A DNA stretch of 64,000 nucleotides. It comes from Pseudobdellovibrionaceae bacterium (GTDB lineage: Bacteria > Bdellovibrionota > Bdellovibrionia > Bdellovibrionales > Bdellovibrionaceae). The stretch is from NCBI GenBank assembly GCA_044359815.1, contig JBIKLL010000008.1, positions 1-64,000 of the forward strand, written 5' to 3'. Both the position numbers and the translations under genes were made by a program. Of the stretch, positions 50,240-61,500 are shown piece after piece; position 1 is the first letter of the stretch; each line of letters begins with the position of its first letter. The notes under the pieces are model-generated. The model searched no databases, was not told the origin of the DNA, and was given only the letters and a program-made list of their open reading frames with translations.

Positions 50240-51784
50240 TTATTTAGCCTTATTAGTTGTCGATTCCCCTCGAAAGTAATCGACAGCATTGATTTCGCTT
50301 AAAATCTTAAAGGCCCCAAGTTTCTCATCAAAAACTGGTCGCTTCCAAGACAAGTTATTGATCTGAAGGCCCTTCCAAAGGTTACCCGCGATCAATTCAA
50401 TGGGTGATTGTTTACTGTGGTTCAAAGCCAACTGCAAGCTTGGAATGTGTAAGCTCATAAATGCAGCTGCGCTGTTGGACAGTGCAAAATCCTCAGCACC
50501 TTTGCTTAGGTAGCTGACCAGATTCAGTTGCTGATCATTGCACTGATTAACGATTAGTAACTTTTCAACATTATGGGCATTTTCCAGAACTTGTTTTGTT
50601 GATGGCATTTGGCATCTTACCCAAATCTTTTTATTGGATTCAAATTTTCCCACCAATGAAACAGAAACTAAATCTTGATTTGGCAATATCATCAATTGCC
50701 CCTGGCTAACCAAGGCCACTGTCAATTCGGGATGTTTCATCGAATAGTTTTTTATCTCTTGCGCCAGGGCATCAGTGATCAAAGGAACTTCAATTAACTG
50801 ATCTATTTTAAGTGACTTGTCTGGTCCAACAAATCCATTGTTGGCCAGTTGCAGTTCAAATTGTTTTGCAAATTTCTGATTTTCAACCAGTTTGTAATCT
50901 GCGTTTCTGATCGAGTTTTTTATTTGCTCCAGCATGCCCGCCAAATCCTGGGCTGACAATGGCCCCTGAAGGTTGACTCCCACCAGATTGGAAGGAGGCC
51001 TTTGGGCTTTAACAAAATCGGGAAGTCTGTGGTAGAAATTTACCTTTTCAGAAATCGTCATCTCATCCAATGATTGAATCAGCGACATTGTTATGATGGG
51101 TCGCAAGCTTTGCAACACAAAGCCAAGGCTTTCCTGGTCAGACTTGCAAAATGTAATATCGCCTTCAAATCTCCAGCGGCTTTTGCAGTAGGTTTGCTTT
51201 CCCAGCAACAGCCGTGGCCAGCGTGATGCAAACAATGCGTCGATGATTTTATCCCTGGGCTGAAATGATTTACTGAAGTTTTTGTTCAGGTGCAGGGAAC
51301 CAGAAACCTGGTACGAAATAAAATCAGCAATACTTTCATTCAACAGACTGCCAATCGGTAAACGGCCTTCGGTCAAATTTTGAATCCATAATTTTATCAA
51401 AGCCCCAGAAACCAATTGCCTGTTTTCAAACAAAGACTGACTGACAAATAATTGGTTTCCCTGTAATCGAAAAATATCTTGTTGGTATTCCAAAACGTTA
51501 ATCTGCAGTGTGGGAAATGATCCGCCCACCCAGTTATAAAATGATTCTAAACTGCGAAGTTCTGATTCAACTGAATCACGGTAATTCTTTAGGTTCTCAT
51601 CAAAATCAGAGCGAATCCCCAGATTGCATTGAAACAAGGTTTTTGTGCCGGTTTTATCAACCCTGTCGATCCTTTGAACAAGCTTAGAAGAAATACAAAA
51701 AGGCTTCCTGGACAGAAAGCTAAGTGCCACTAATGACAGGCAAAATACCGTAAAACTGATCCCGTAAACTAAGCGGTTTGGCAT
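50240..51784 (-). CDS. Hypothetical membrane-anchored/exported protein
   Basis: 514 aa ORF, N-terminal TM, no recognisable motif. Confidence 0.7.
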   Translation of the reverse strand: MPNRLVYGISFTVFCLSLVALSFLSRKPFCISSKLVQRIDRVDKTGTKTLFQCNLGIRSDFDENLKNYRDSVESELRSLESFYNWVGGSFPTLQINVLEYQQDIFRLQGNQLFVSQSLFENRQLVSGALIKLWIQNLTEGRLPIGSLLNESIADFISYQVSGSLHLNKNFSKSFQPRDKIIDALFASRWPRLLLGKQTYCKSRWRFEGDITFCKSDQESLGFVLQSLRPIITMSLIQSLDEMTISEKVNFYHRLPDFVKAQRPPSNLVGVNLQGPLSAQDLAGMLEQIKNSIRNADYKLVENQKFAKQFELQLANNGFVGPDKSLKIDQLIEVPLITDALAQEIKNYSMKHPELTVALVSQGQLMILPNQDLVSVSLVGKFESNKKIWVRCQMPSTKQVLENAHNVEKLLIVNQCNDQQLNLVSYLSKGAEDFALSNSAAAFMSLHIPSLQLALNHSKQSPIELIAGNLWKGLQINNLSWKRPVFDEKLGAFKILSEINAVDYFRGESTTNKAK

Positions 51785-51796
51785 AGCTGATTACAA

Positions 51797-51812
51797 AGCA
51801 ATCTTTGGACCA
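51797..51812 (-). promoter_or_regulatory. Putative sigma54 promoter (leaderless mRNA)
   Basis: Minus strand TGGTCCAAAGATTGCT, GG-N10-GC, ending 12 nt before ATG 51784. Confidence 0.5.
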
Positions 51813-51827
51813 TATTCGACTAGCATA

Positions 51828-52009
51828 CCTGCCGCAAATTGCAGAAAATAATTTTTCAAAATTTAAATAGATGATTTTATTAAAAAAGGTCCTCTGCGGA
51901 GCCGGGATGGCGGGGGCCCTGCCCGAGCAGAGAAGCAGGAGCTGTGACCTTTTTTAATAAAATCATCTATTTAAATTTTGAAAAATTATTTTCTGCAATT
52001 TGCGGCAGG
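51828..52009. repeat. Perfect 64-bp inverted repeat around a 54-nt GC-rich core
   Basis: 51828-51891 is the exact reverse complement of 51946-52009. Confidence 0.95.
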
Positions 52010-52023
52010 GTCAGCTTTAAGAT

Positions 52024-52911
52024 TTAAAGACCGGCTTTTGAGACTTTTGAGTGCAATGGTTTATTCATCAAGCCTGAAAGCCAATGATTACACGAAATTA
52101 ATTTTTGTAGATTCAATCCAGATTTAACACCCATTTTTTCAAACATATAAACGACGTCTTCTGTGGCCACATTGCCTGTGGCGCCAGGAGCATAAGGACA
52201 ACCACCCAACGCACCGATGCTGGAATCAAAAACCCGCACACCGATTTTGTAAGCAGCAAAAATATTAGCTAAAGCCGTGCCTCTGGTGTCATGAAAGTGC
52301 CCAGCTAATTTGCTGACGGGAATATTCTTTTTAAGTTTTTTAAAAAGCTCTTCAACCGAACTGGGATCTGCCACGCCGATGGTATCGCCAACAGAAATTT
52401 CATAACAACCTAATCGGTACAGCCTGGTCGCCACCTCAGTGGCTTTTTTAGTGGAAATGGCGCCTTCGAAGGGACAGGCAAAAGCAGTTGATAAATACCC
52501 TCTGATTTTAATTTTGTGTTTTTTGGCCAGTTTGATAACAGGTTTAAATCGTTCGAAACTGTCATCAATCGAACAGTTAATATTTTTCTGACAAAAGGTT
52601 TCGCTGGCAGCTGTGAAAATGGCTATCTCATCCACGCCGGATTGTATGGCATCCATCATGCCTTTTTCATTCGGAACCAAAGCCGCGATTCGGGTTTTAC
52701 CTGATTGTTTTTTGATAACCTCAATCAATTTTCCGGATTCATTCATCTGGGGAACCTTTTCAGACCTCACAAAGGCCCCAACTTCGATCAGCTTAAATCC
52801 ACAATCAGAAAGTTTTTTAAAAAATTCAAACTTTTGATCAATCGAAAAGATCATAGTCTCATTCTGCAATCCGTCCCGCATTCCGACTTCAACAATTCGG
52901 ACTGATTTCAT
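52024..52911 (-). CDS. liuE: Hydroxymethylglutaryl-CoA lyase
   Basis: EVG.RDGLQNE, GDTIG, HFHDTRG, GGCPYAPGATGN. Confidence 0.93.
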   Translation of the reverse strand: MKSVRIVEVGMRDGLQNETMIFSIDQKFEFFKKLSDCGFKLIEVGAFVRSEKVPQMNESGKLIEVIKKQSGKTRIAALVPNEKGMMDAIQSGVDEIAIFTAASETFCQKNINCSIDDSFERFKPVIKLAKKHKIKIRGYLSTAFACPFEGAISTKKATEVATRLYRLGCYEISVGDTIGVADPSSVEELFKKLKKNIPVSKLAGHFHDTRGTALANIFAAYKIGVRVFDSSIGALGGCPYAPGATGNVATEDVVYMFEKMGVKSGLNLQKLISCNHWLSGLMNKPLHSKVSKAGL

Positions 52912-53276
52912 TTAGATTCCTTTATCTGTGCCAACAATTGGCCTTCTTTAATCTGATCAGATTCCTGCACAGTTATTTCTACGATTTGGCCTTTGACCTC
53001 TGAATTCAGAATGTATTCCATCTTCATGGCCTCGATCGCTATGACAGCCTGTCCAACGTCGACTGCCTGACCTGCTTTTTTAAATATCTTGGTAACCTTG
53101 CCAGGCATCGGTGAAACAATTTGGTCAGATTTTTTGGCAACACCTTTTGATCTGGATTTTCTGGATGTTTCACCCAGGCATTTTGTTTCACCATTGAGGT
53201 GAATCCAGATTTTACCCTCGAGCTCTTGCACATATCCTGAATAGTCTTGTCCCTGATGCTGAAAACGGATTTTCAT
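52908..53276 (-). CDS. Biotin carboxyl carrier subunit
   Basis: SPMPGKV, EAMKME. Confidence 0.92.
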   Translation of the reverse strand: MKIRFQHQGQDYSGYVQELEGKIWIHLNGETKCLGETSRKSRSKGVAKKSDQIVSPMPGKVTKIFKKAGQAVDVGQAVIAIEAMKMEYILNSEVKGQIVEITVQESDQIKEGQLLAQIKESK

Positions 53277-54736
53277 ACTATCCTCCATCCGCTTTCAAAA
53301 GGCGAACTGGTTGTGATTCCAGCAGAGGTAGTAGTTGAAGCTAATTTTGCCAAATGCTTTTCTGCCTCAGACAACTCAGGAGCAACAAGAGGTTTTGAAA
53401 AATGTTGATTAATAAACTGTGTAGTCATCGTTCCATTTACAAATTCTGGATGAGACAAAATTTTTATCAAATAGGGAATATTAGTTTTCACTCCAAAAAT
53501 AACAGTGTCCTTCAAGGTTCTGATGATTTTCTGTATGGCTCGGGGTCTGGTTTCATCCCAAACAATAATTTTGGCTATCATTGGATCATAAAAGGGCGTG
53601 ATGGTGTCGTGTGACTCAAATCCAATCTCGAACCTTCTGCCGGCTCCTGCAGGAAAATGACAAAATCCCAACTTACCAGTGCTGGGGACTCCACCCAGAT
53701 AGGGATCCTCAGCATATATTCTGCATTCGATGGCGTGGCCTTTATAGGCAAATAAATTTTTATCACTAAAAACCGCACGACCCTGAGCCGTCAAAATCTG
53801 AGCTTTAACCAGGTCCATTCCCACAACCATTTCAGTCACAGGGTGTTCAACCTGCAACCGAGTGTTGACCTCTAGAAAATAAAACTTTCCGTCTTGTAAT
53901 AAAAATTCCACGGTTCCAGCGTTTTGATAATGGGCAGCCTCTGCCAGCAAAACCGACGTTTCACCCATTTGTTTTCGTAAATCGATTGTTAAATTTTTTG
54001 TTACAGCTTCTTCAATAATTTTCTGATGTTTTCGCTGCACTGAACATTCACGATCAAACAAATGAAACACATGACCTGTGCAATCTCCAAAGATTTGAAA
54101 CTCAATGTGCTTGGCCCGTTCAAAATATTTTTCTAAAAAAACTTTATCACTACCAAAAGCACTTAAGGCTTCACGTTTTGCTGATCCAATCAGCTCGGCA
54201 GCAGCACCTGAATCACGCAAGACCTTCATGCCTCTGCCACCACCGCCAGCTGCGGCTTTGACCACTACTGGAAATCCAATCTCAGAAGCCTTTGTCACCA
54301 ATGTTTCAATGGTTTGATCATCGCCATCATAGCCAGGGATTAAGGGAACTCCCAGTTTTTTAGCTAAAACTTTTGCCCGCATTTTATCGCCCAATTGCCT
54401 CATGGCTTCGGGACTGGGGCCAATAAATATCATGCCGTTGTCTAAAACTGCCTGAGCAAAATCAGGATTTTCGGACAAAAATCCAAACCCAGGATGAACG
54501 GCATCTGCCTGTCCTGCGATAGCACCATTAATCACATTCTCGATTTTCAAATAGCTTTCGCTGACAGGAGCCGGACCAATGCAGATACGTTTATCCGCCA
54601 GTCGGTATGCCATACTGTTGGTGTCAGCCTCCGAATGCAACAGCACAGTCTCAATATCTAGCTCTTGGCAAGCATTGATAATTCTGACGGCAACTTCGCC
54701 ACGATTGGCAATCGCTACACGTTTGATGGTCTTCAA
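53273..54736 (-). CDS. Biotin carboxylase subunit (methylcrotonyl-CoA carboxylase alpha, BCCP split off)
   Basis: ANRGEVA, HPGFGFLSEN, GGGGRGM, RECSVQR, EVNTRLQVEHPVTE, YDPMIAK. Confidence 0.93.
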   Translation of the reverse strand: MKTIKRVAIANRGEVAVRIINACQELDIETVLLHSEADTNSMAYRLADKRICIGPAPVSESYLKIENVINGAIAGQADAVHPGFGFLSENPDFAQAVLDNGMIFIGPSPEAMRQLGDKMRAKVLAKKLGVPLIPGYDGDDQTIETLVTKASEIGFPVVVKAAAGGGGRGMKVLRDSGAAAELIGSAKREALSAFGSDKVFLEKYFERAKHIEFQIFGDCTGHVFHLFDRECSVQRKHQKIIEEAVTKNLTIDLRKQMGETSVLLAEAAHYQNAGTVEFLLQDGKFYFLEVNTRLQVEHPVTEMVVGMDLVKAQILTAQGRAVFSDKNLFAYKGHAIECRIYAEDPYLGGVPSTGKLGFCHFPAGAGRRFEIGFESHDTITPFYDPMIAKIIVWDETRPRAIQKIIRTLKDTVIFGVKTNIPYLIKILSHPEFVNGTMTTQFINQHFSKPLVAPELSEAEKHLAKLASTTTSAGITTSSPFESGWRIV

Positions 54737-55494
54737 CTGTCACTCCAGTTGGGTTTGCGTTTTTCTAAAAATGCTCGTAGGCCTTCTTGACCCTCGTCAC
54801 TGACTCTGACTTTTGATATTAAATCAATTGTTGATTTCTTGGTGCCGGCCAATGATTTTCCTGCCACTGATCTGATAAGTTTTTTTGAAATGGCCGGAGC
54901 ATTGGGCGAACATTGCTGAAATGTTGCTTTTATTTGATCCAATTCGTTCAGTTCGCCGATCTGATGGATCATCCCAATTCGATAGGCCTCAGCACTATCA
55001 AAAACTTTACCTGACATCATCAGTGGCTGAATCATTCCAACCGGAATCTTTTGCAATACAAAGCCAGAAATCACAGCTGGAACAATGCCTAGCTTAACTT
55101 CGCTAAAACAAAATTGAGTCTTGGGATGGGCAATAACAAAATCACTGCATGCAATCAGTCCCAGGGCACCCCCAAAGGCTGAACCCTGAACGTAACTGAC
55201 GATAGGTTTTGGAAATTGCCAAAGGGCCTCAAACATCGAATACAGATTCTTAGAGTCATTTTTGTTTTGTGCCAGAGAATAATCGACCATGGATTTCATC
55301 CACTGCAGATCAGCCCCAGCACAAAAAACTGGATCGGCTCCGGTCAGTTGGCAGCCGATGATATTTTTATTTTTAGCTTCTGTTTTAAAAATCCGCGTGA
55401 GTTCTTTGATTAATTGGACGTTAAAGGCATTGCGAACCTCTGGGCGATTTAATTTTACACTTAGCCATTTTCCCGTGGTGGTAACTTCAATCAT
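54733..55494 (-). CDS. liuC: Enoyl-CoA hydratase, probable methylglutaconyl-CoA hydratase
   Basis: NRPEVRNAF, FCAGADL, FGGALGL, SEVKLG, EGQEG..AFLEKR.P; operon context. Confidence 0.85.
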   Translation of the reverse strand: MIEVTTTGKWLSVKLNRPEVRNAFNVQLIKELTRIFKTEAKNKNIIGCQLTGADPVFCAGADLQWMKSMVDYSLAQNKNDSKNLYSMFEALWQFPKPIVSYVQGSAFGGALGLIACSDFVIAHPKTQFCFSEVKLGIVPAVISGFVLQKIPVGMIQPLMMSGKVFDSAEAYRIGMIHQIGELNELDQIKATFQQCSPNAPAISKKLIRSVAGKSLAGTKKSTIDLISKVRVSDEGQEGLRAFLEKRKPNWSDS

Positions 55495-55495
55495 T

Positions 55496-57103
55496 TTACA
55501 TCCTAAAAACACCGCTGGACGGTGTTGGCCATTCGCGATTTAAGCTGGCAGAAATCCCCAGAGCCAAAACTTTGCGAGTCATCGCTGGATCAATGATTCC
55601 GTCATCCCAAATTCTGGAAGTCGAATAATACGCAGAGCCTTCGGTTTCATACTTTTGTAAAATTGGATTTTTAAATTCAGTTTGCTGATCAACACTGAGG
55701 GCTTGATTTTTAGATTTTAATTGATCCATTTTTACTGTCAGCAATACGTTGGCAGCCTGTTCACCGCCCATAACTGAAATTTTAGAATTTGGCCACATCC
55801 ACAGTTGTCTGGGTTGAAAGGCCCTTCCGCACATTCCGTAATTACCAGCTCCGTAGGAATTTCCGATGACAACAGTAAATTTGGGTACGGTGGCATTACT
55901 GACTGCCATAACCATTTTGGCCCCGTGTTTGGCAATGCCTTCGTTTTCGTATTTCCGACCCACCATAAACCCGGTGATATTTTGCAAAAACACCAGAGGT
56001 ATCCGGCGCTGTTCGCAAAGCTGGATAAAATGAGTGGCCTTTAAGGCGCTTTCACTAAACAACACTCCGTTGTTAGCAATGATTCCCACTGGGTATCCCC
56101 AAATTTTGGCAAAGCCACAGACGATCGTTTTTCCGTAACCAGATTTGAACTCATGCATTTCGCTGCCGTCCACAATCCTGGCGATGATTTCTTTGACGTC
56201 GTAGGGGACTTTGGGATTGTGACTGATAATCCCATAAATTTCTTTGGGATCATAGATAGGTTCTTTGACCGCAGTTTGTTTTAAACAAACTGATTTTTGG
56301 TGATTAAGATTTTTAATAATGTCTCGGGCAATCTCGATCGCATGCTGATCGTCTTCGGCAAAATGGTCAGTCACACCCGATGTAAAACAATGAACTTCGG
56401 CTCCGCCTAAATCCTGTGCTGTGACTTCCTCACCTGTAGCCGCTTTGACTAATGGGGGGCCTCCTAAAAAAATCGTGCCGTTGTCTTTGACGATAATGTT
56501 TTCGTCACTCATGGCGGGAACATAAGCTCCACCAGCAGTACAGGATCCCATCACCACTGAAATCTGGGCAATGCCCTTTGCCGACATCCGTGCCTGGTTA
56601 TAAAAAATTCTGCCAAAATGATTTTTGTCTGGAAAGACCTCATCCTGCATTGGCAAAAAGGCGCCACCACTGTCGACCAGGTAAATACAAGGTAATCCAT
56701 TTTCAAAAGCGATTTCCTGCGCGCGAATGTGTTTTTTAACAGTCATCGGAAAATATGTGCCGCCTTTAACAGTGGCATCATTAGCTACAATCACACATTC
56801 TGTGTTTTCAATTTTGCCAATACCCGTGATCACTCCTGCAGTGGGTGCCTGATCTTCATATTGTCCGACGGCAGCCAAAGTAGAAAATTCTAAAAATGAA
56901 GCATCTTTGTCCAACAAAGCCTCTACCCGTTCGCGGGCTGTGAGCTTGCCACGGGATTTATGTTTTTCCAGTGCGGCCTTGCCGCCACCCATTTTTGCTG
57001 TTTCCAGTTTTTTATTAAAATCTTTTAAAATCTCCAGCATTGCTTGCTGGTTTTTTTTAAAGTCCTCGGATTGTGTGTTTATTTTGGATTCTAGGGTTTG
57101 CAT
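55496..57103 (-). CDS. liuB: Methylcrotonyl-CoA carboxylase beta (carboxyltransferase) subunit
   Basis: [49 protein letters not shown]; start 57103 (TAATG) or 57112. Confidence 0.92.
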   Translation of the reverse strand: MQTLESKINTQSEDFKKNQQAMLEILKDFNKKLETAKMGGGKAALEKHKSRGKLTARERVEALLDKDASFLEFSTLAAVGQYEDQAPTAGVITGIGKIENTECVIVANDATVKGGTYFPMTVKKHIRAQEIAFENGLPCIYLVDSGGAFLPMQDEVFPDKNHFGRIFYNQARMSAKGIAQISVVMGSCTAGGAYVPAMSDENIIVKDNGTIFLGGPPLVKAATGEEVTAQDLGGAEVHCFTSGVTDHFAEDDQHAIEIARDIIKNLNHQKSVCLKQTAVKEPIYDPKEIYGIISHNPKVPYDVKEIIARIVDGSEMHEFKSGYGKTIVCGFAKIWGYPVGIIANNGVLFSESALKATHFIQLCEQRRIPLVFLQNITGFMVGRKYENEGIAKHGAKMVMAVSNATVPKFTVVIGNSYGAGNYGMCGRAFQPRQLWMWPNSKISVMGGEQAANVLLTVKMDQLKSKNQALSVDQQTEFKNPILQKYETEGSAYYSTSRIWDDGIIDPAMTRKVLALGISASLNREWPTPSSGVFRM

Positions 57104-57648
57104 TATTTCCACTCAAGTAATTGACTGACCTGAAAATCAGCTTGCACATGCAGCTGGCCGATCATGATGTCTTCTTGGTCAAAAAAACTAATCTGAATAT
57201 CATGAGCTGCTTTTTGATTTTTGGTCATCTCGGCCAACACACCTTCTCGGGATACCGTTGGCAGCTCTGCTCGAATCCGCACATCGCTTTTGGTTGGTCT
57301 GATTTGATGCCAATCCATGGTTTGAAAGGTGATCTGTACATTTTGATTTTCAAAAAAATTACGTTTCCATAAAAGCTTATAGGACTCAAGACCAGCAGAC
57401 ACCATCACCCCCGTCAGCATAAAACCATCGGCCCCCAGATTTCGAAGCTTTGAGGGAATCATCATTTCGATTTGGTTAGAGTTTAGCTTTACCAGTCGCA
57501 AACCCAAACTTCTGTAATGAGGCTTCAGCGAATCTAACGCATAGCTTATGATTGCCTGAGTTTGGGGATGTTTGATTTGATCGATGAACTCTTCGAAAAT
57601 GGATGAAATTGTTTGAAATTTTTTGGTAAGATACACGGGAGTTATCAT
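57103..57648 (-). CDS. Hotdog-fold/thioesterase-like protein
   Basis: Pattern P.Y.SLG.R......IEM.IP...RN..G followed by alternating beta strands; first gene of the liu operon. Confidence 0.5.
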   Translation of the reverse strand: MITPVYLTKKFQTISSIFEEFIDQIKHPQTQAIISYALDSLKPHYRSLGLRLVKLNSNQIEMMIPSKLRNLGADGFMLTGVMVSAGLESYKLLWKRNFFENQNVQITFQTMDWHQIRPTKSDVRIRAELPTVSREGVLAEMTKNQKAAHDIQISFFDQEDIMIGQLHVQADFQVSQLLEWK

Positions 57649-57702
57649 TCAGTAAAATAAAGCTAAAATTGATCAAACGATCAAGAGGAATATGAGGATT
57701 CG

Positions 57703-58176
57703 ATGATTAAATATGTAAGCATGATTTTTTTTATGACATTATTGGGTTGGAGCTGGGGCATTGTACACAGTTCCCCAAAGATCAGTTTCGAGACGCATGC
57801 TGGCATCCAGGAAAAGCTTGCTGATCTGATTAAAAAAGCTGTGCAGGAAAGAAAGCCTGACGCTACTGAATTATCTATCGACCAACTGTGGACCGAGATT
57901 ATATCCGAGACTTCACTCAAAGCACATTTTAGTTATTCATACAAAAATGCTTCCGAAGACGGCCGAGTTAATTCAAGCATTCGTGGTTTTGTACTTTTAA
58001 ACAAAGTTTTGGAACCCACTGAAACTGAAGAAAACGAAACATGGAAAGTTGCCGAAGTTAAAACAACCAACAATGCCTTGGTGTTCGAAGAAGGCTTGTT
58101 AATCAATGCGGGCGATACTCCAGAATCAGAGACCCCAGCAGTTGATAAGCCCACTGAAACCAAATCAGAACCCTAG
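57703..58176 (+). CDS. Hypothetical membrane-anchored protein
   Basis: GAGG SD, N-terminal TM, acidic Pro/Thr/Glu tail. Confidence 0.65.
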   Translation: MIKYVSMIFFMTLLGWSWGIVHSSPKISFETHAGIQEKLADLIKKAVQERKPDATELSIDQLWTEIISETSLKAHFSYSYKNASEDGRVNSSIRGFVLLNKVLEPTETEENETWKVAEVKTTNNALVFEEGLLINAGDTPESETPAVDKPTETKSEP

Positions 58177-58520
58177 GATCATACTAAGTAGCCCCGGGTA
58201 CTTTTTATTTGGGCCAATATGGCCGAAACTTTTTTCTTATCGAAGACATTAGAATTTCATACTCAGAGTGAAAACTGACTGTCAAAAGTTCCATCAAAAT
58301 GTGAAAATGAAATTTTATTTTTCATAGGGAAAATCCAATAAAATTCCCGCTTTGGGACGACAGAATTTTTGCAAAAAACTTGTACATCTCAGTGTGAGAC
58401 GCGATTTTTTTCGCTGACCGCCTGTATTCCAGTTGAATCGTCGATGTTTTCTGCAGTTTCGATTTTTAAAGAAATATAACCCCTGTTCGCTCATCCTAAT
58501 TCTATAACAAGGGGTAAACC

Positions 58521-61500
58521 ATGTTTTCTAACGCCATTTTGACGGTATGGACGCTGACTCTGTTGCTCACAATGCCTGCTCTGGCTCAGTTTGGCAGCCA
58601 AGGTTTAGTTTTTCATGGTGTGGTCACTAATCCAGATGGATCTGCGATGACTGAACCGACTTCAAATTTCGTAATCGAAATTATTGGTAAATCTAGCTTG
58701 CGCGGCGATGGTACCCCTGGTGCAGATTCCTGCGTGTTGTATACAGAATCACAAGTCGGCGTTCCGCTGAATCAAGGTCGTTTTGCTGTTACAGTTGGTG
58801 ATGGTACAGGCGTGACCTTTGGAACTGGAGTTTCTAAGCTTGAAAAATTATTTGTAAACCCACCTACTACATTGTCTGGTGGAACTTCACATTCAATGGG
58901 AGCTATTAATTGTTCCAGCGGTCAATCAGCATTCCAACCTGATCAACCCAATTCATTAAGATACCTCAGAGTCGTGATCAACACTCCGACAGCTTCCATT
59001 GATTTGTTAGAAATGCCTATCCGATCTGCGCCTTTTGCTCATCAGGCTAAAGAAATCGACGGATATGATTCAATGAACATCGTCAAAATCGGTTCCAGTA
59101 ATAATAAGACCTACAGAACAATGACTGGTGGTCATTTTAATTTTCTGGTCGATTTATTTGATGGCACTTCAATCGATGCTCAAAATAGAGAACTGAAAAA
59201 CATCAGCACAACCGGTACTGATCCAAATGCTGCTGCAAACGTAAACTATGTTAATACTCATCCAATCAATCCATCTCAGTTACCTGACGTAGTAACTCCA
59301 GGAACAGTAGGAACGGCAAACTCGGCGACTCAAGTCACTGTTGACAGCAAAGGCCGTGTGACTGCTTTGGTAACAACACCTATTGCTATTGATTCAACTC
59401 AACTCATCTCAACACCTGCTGATAACGGTAAGGTTTTAGTTTCTACGGGATCTACTTGGACACCACAAACATTAACAGGCTCTATGATTTCAGGAGTTGT
59501 TACCAGCATCACTGGTACAACGGGAATCACTGTGACTGGTGGAACCACAGCTGCACCTTCTGTTGGATTAACAGCTACTGGTGTGACTGCTGGTACTTAC
59601 ACTCAGGTAACTGTTGATATGTTTGGCCGAGTCACTGCGGCTTCAAGCCCGACTTCGTTGGCTGGTTACGGAATCACTGATGCCGTTCAAAATGCGGGCG
59701 GAACTCCTAGCATTCAATCTGGAACTTTTGCTGCCAGACCGGCCACTGCAACAACAGGTGCTTTATACGTATCAACAGACACAGGCAGTATTTATTCATA
59801 TAATGGCGGCTGGACATTGATAGCTGCAGCTGCCAATGGGATTCAGACAATTAATGGTGCTGGTGGTTTGGCTCACACAATTGCAATCACCAATGCCCCT
59901 GGAGCTTTAGCCGTAAATACTTTGGCTGGTGCTCACACTATCAATATCCCAACTGCAAATGGTGCAACTACGGGATTGTTGTCATCAGCTGATTGGACAA
60001 CATTTAACAATAAATTTGATGCAACCATCACAGCTCCGGTTGCCAATCATGTTGTGTTTTTTAACGGAACACAGTGGGTGAATGGACCAATCCCAGCTGC
60101 AGCTCTGCCAAATTTAGCTGGCGATGTGGCTGGCCCCATTGGCGCAACTGTGATTCAACCAAATGCAGTTACTACGTTAAAAATCGCTGACAGTGCAGTG
60201 ACGACTGCTAAAATTGCTGACGATGCTGTCACCACAGTGAAAATCGCTGACAACAATGTGACCTTTGCAAAAACTCAAGACATCCAATCAGGAAAAATCT
60301 TAGGCAGAACAGCTGCTGGTCCTGGCGATATCCAAGAAATGGATTTAATCAGCGGTACTGGCGTGACAGTCACTCCGGGTCCTACTGGATTTACCATCAA
60401 TGCAACTGCTACTGGTTTATCAAACATCAACAACAATGAATTTCTGGCCAATACTTCCGGCGCTTCTAATCTGCCAGTAGGTACGACATTCACAGGATTT
60501 ATGGATTCTGCTATCAGCAATGCTCCTGGATCCATCATTTACCGAAGTGGCGCTGGATGGGTTGCATTGCCTCCAGGCACTAACAGTCAAATTTTATCTT
60601 TAACTGCAGGAATGCCTGCTTGGACTAACAATTCAGCGGTCAGTGCTGTTACCGGATCAAACGGAATTGCCTCCTCTGGTGGAGCAACTCCTGATATTAC
60701 AATGGCTCCGTGTCCTATCGACGGCCAAGTCAGAAAATACACTTTGGCTACAGGCACATGGGATTGTGCGAGCTCTGTCGGTGCTGAAACTGATCCTGTT
60801 TTTACATCTTTTGCAACAACACCTCGAACAGCAAATTTAGTTTATGCTGGTCCAACAACAGGTTCAGCAGCAGCTAGCTTTAGAACTCTTGATATCAACG
60901 ACATCAGAAGCTCAATCGGTGGTGGCACATTTTTAACTGGTGCTGCTTGCGGCGCTGGTCAAGCACTGACTTACGATTCAGTCACCGACACTATCAGTTG
61001 CAATACTATTTCTGTAGCAGCCACAGCGATCACTGGTATTTTGCCCATCGCTAATGGTGGTACAAATTCTGGTACAGCTTTAAACAACAACAGAATCATG
61101 GTGTCCAACGGTGGCGCTATTGTTGAAGCGGCTGCTTTGACTGATGGTCAATTACTGATTGGTTCAACTGGAGCTGCACCCGTTGCTGCAAATTTACTTG
61201 CGGGCCCTGGTGTTGCGATTGCTAATGGCGCTGGCAGCATCACTATTTCTGCTACCGGCACTGGCATCCAATCACTAAATGGTGATGGAACTCCCATTCA
61301 GACTTTTGCAAACGGAACTGCAGGAACAGCTCCGGCTTTTGCAACAGCAGCTGGTGTGCATACATTAAATATCCCAATGGCCGCAACCGCTGGTGTGACT
61401 GCAGGATTGATCTCAAATGCTGATTACACTAATTTTAATACCAAAGTTACCAGTGTTGATGCGGCTTCTACAAACACTGCATTCACAATAACAGGCGGAC

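Noticed and set aside
52908..54736. Frameshifted carboxylase alpha subunit
   Set aside because: The clean ATGA overlap with its own SD-like GGAGGA indicates genuine separate biotin carboxylase and BCCP genes.
476..57920. Numerous 60-125 aa ORFs overlapping larger genes (e.g. 476-817, 5551-5868, 22662-23036, 36590-36928, 43814-44152)
   Set aside because: They lie within well-supported genes on another frame or strand and lack motifs.
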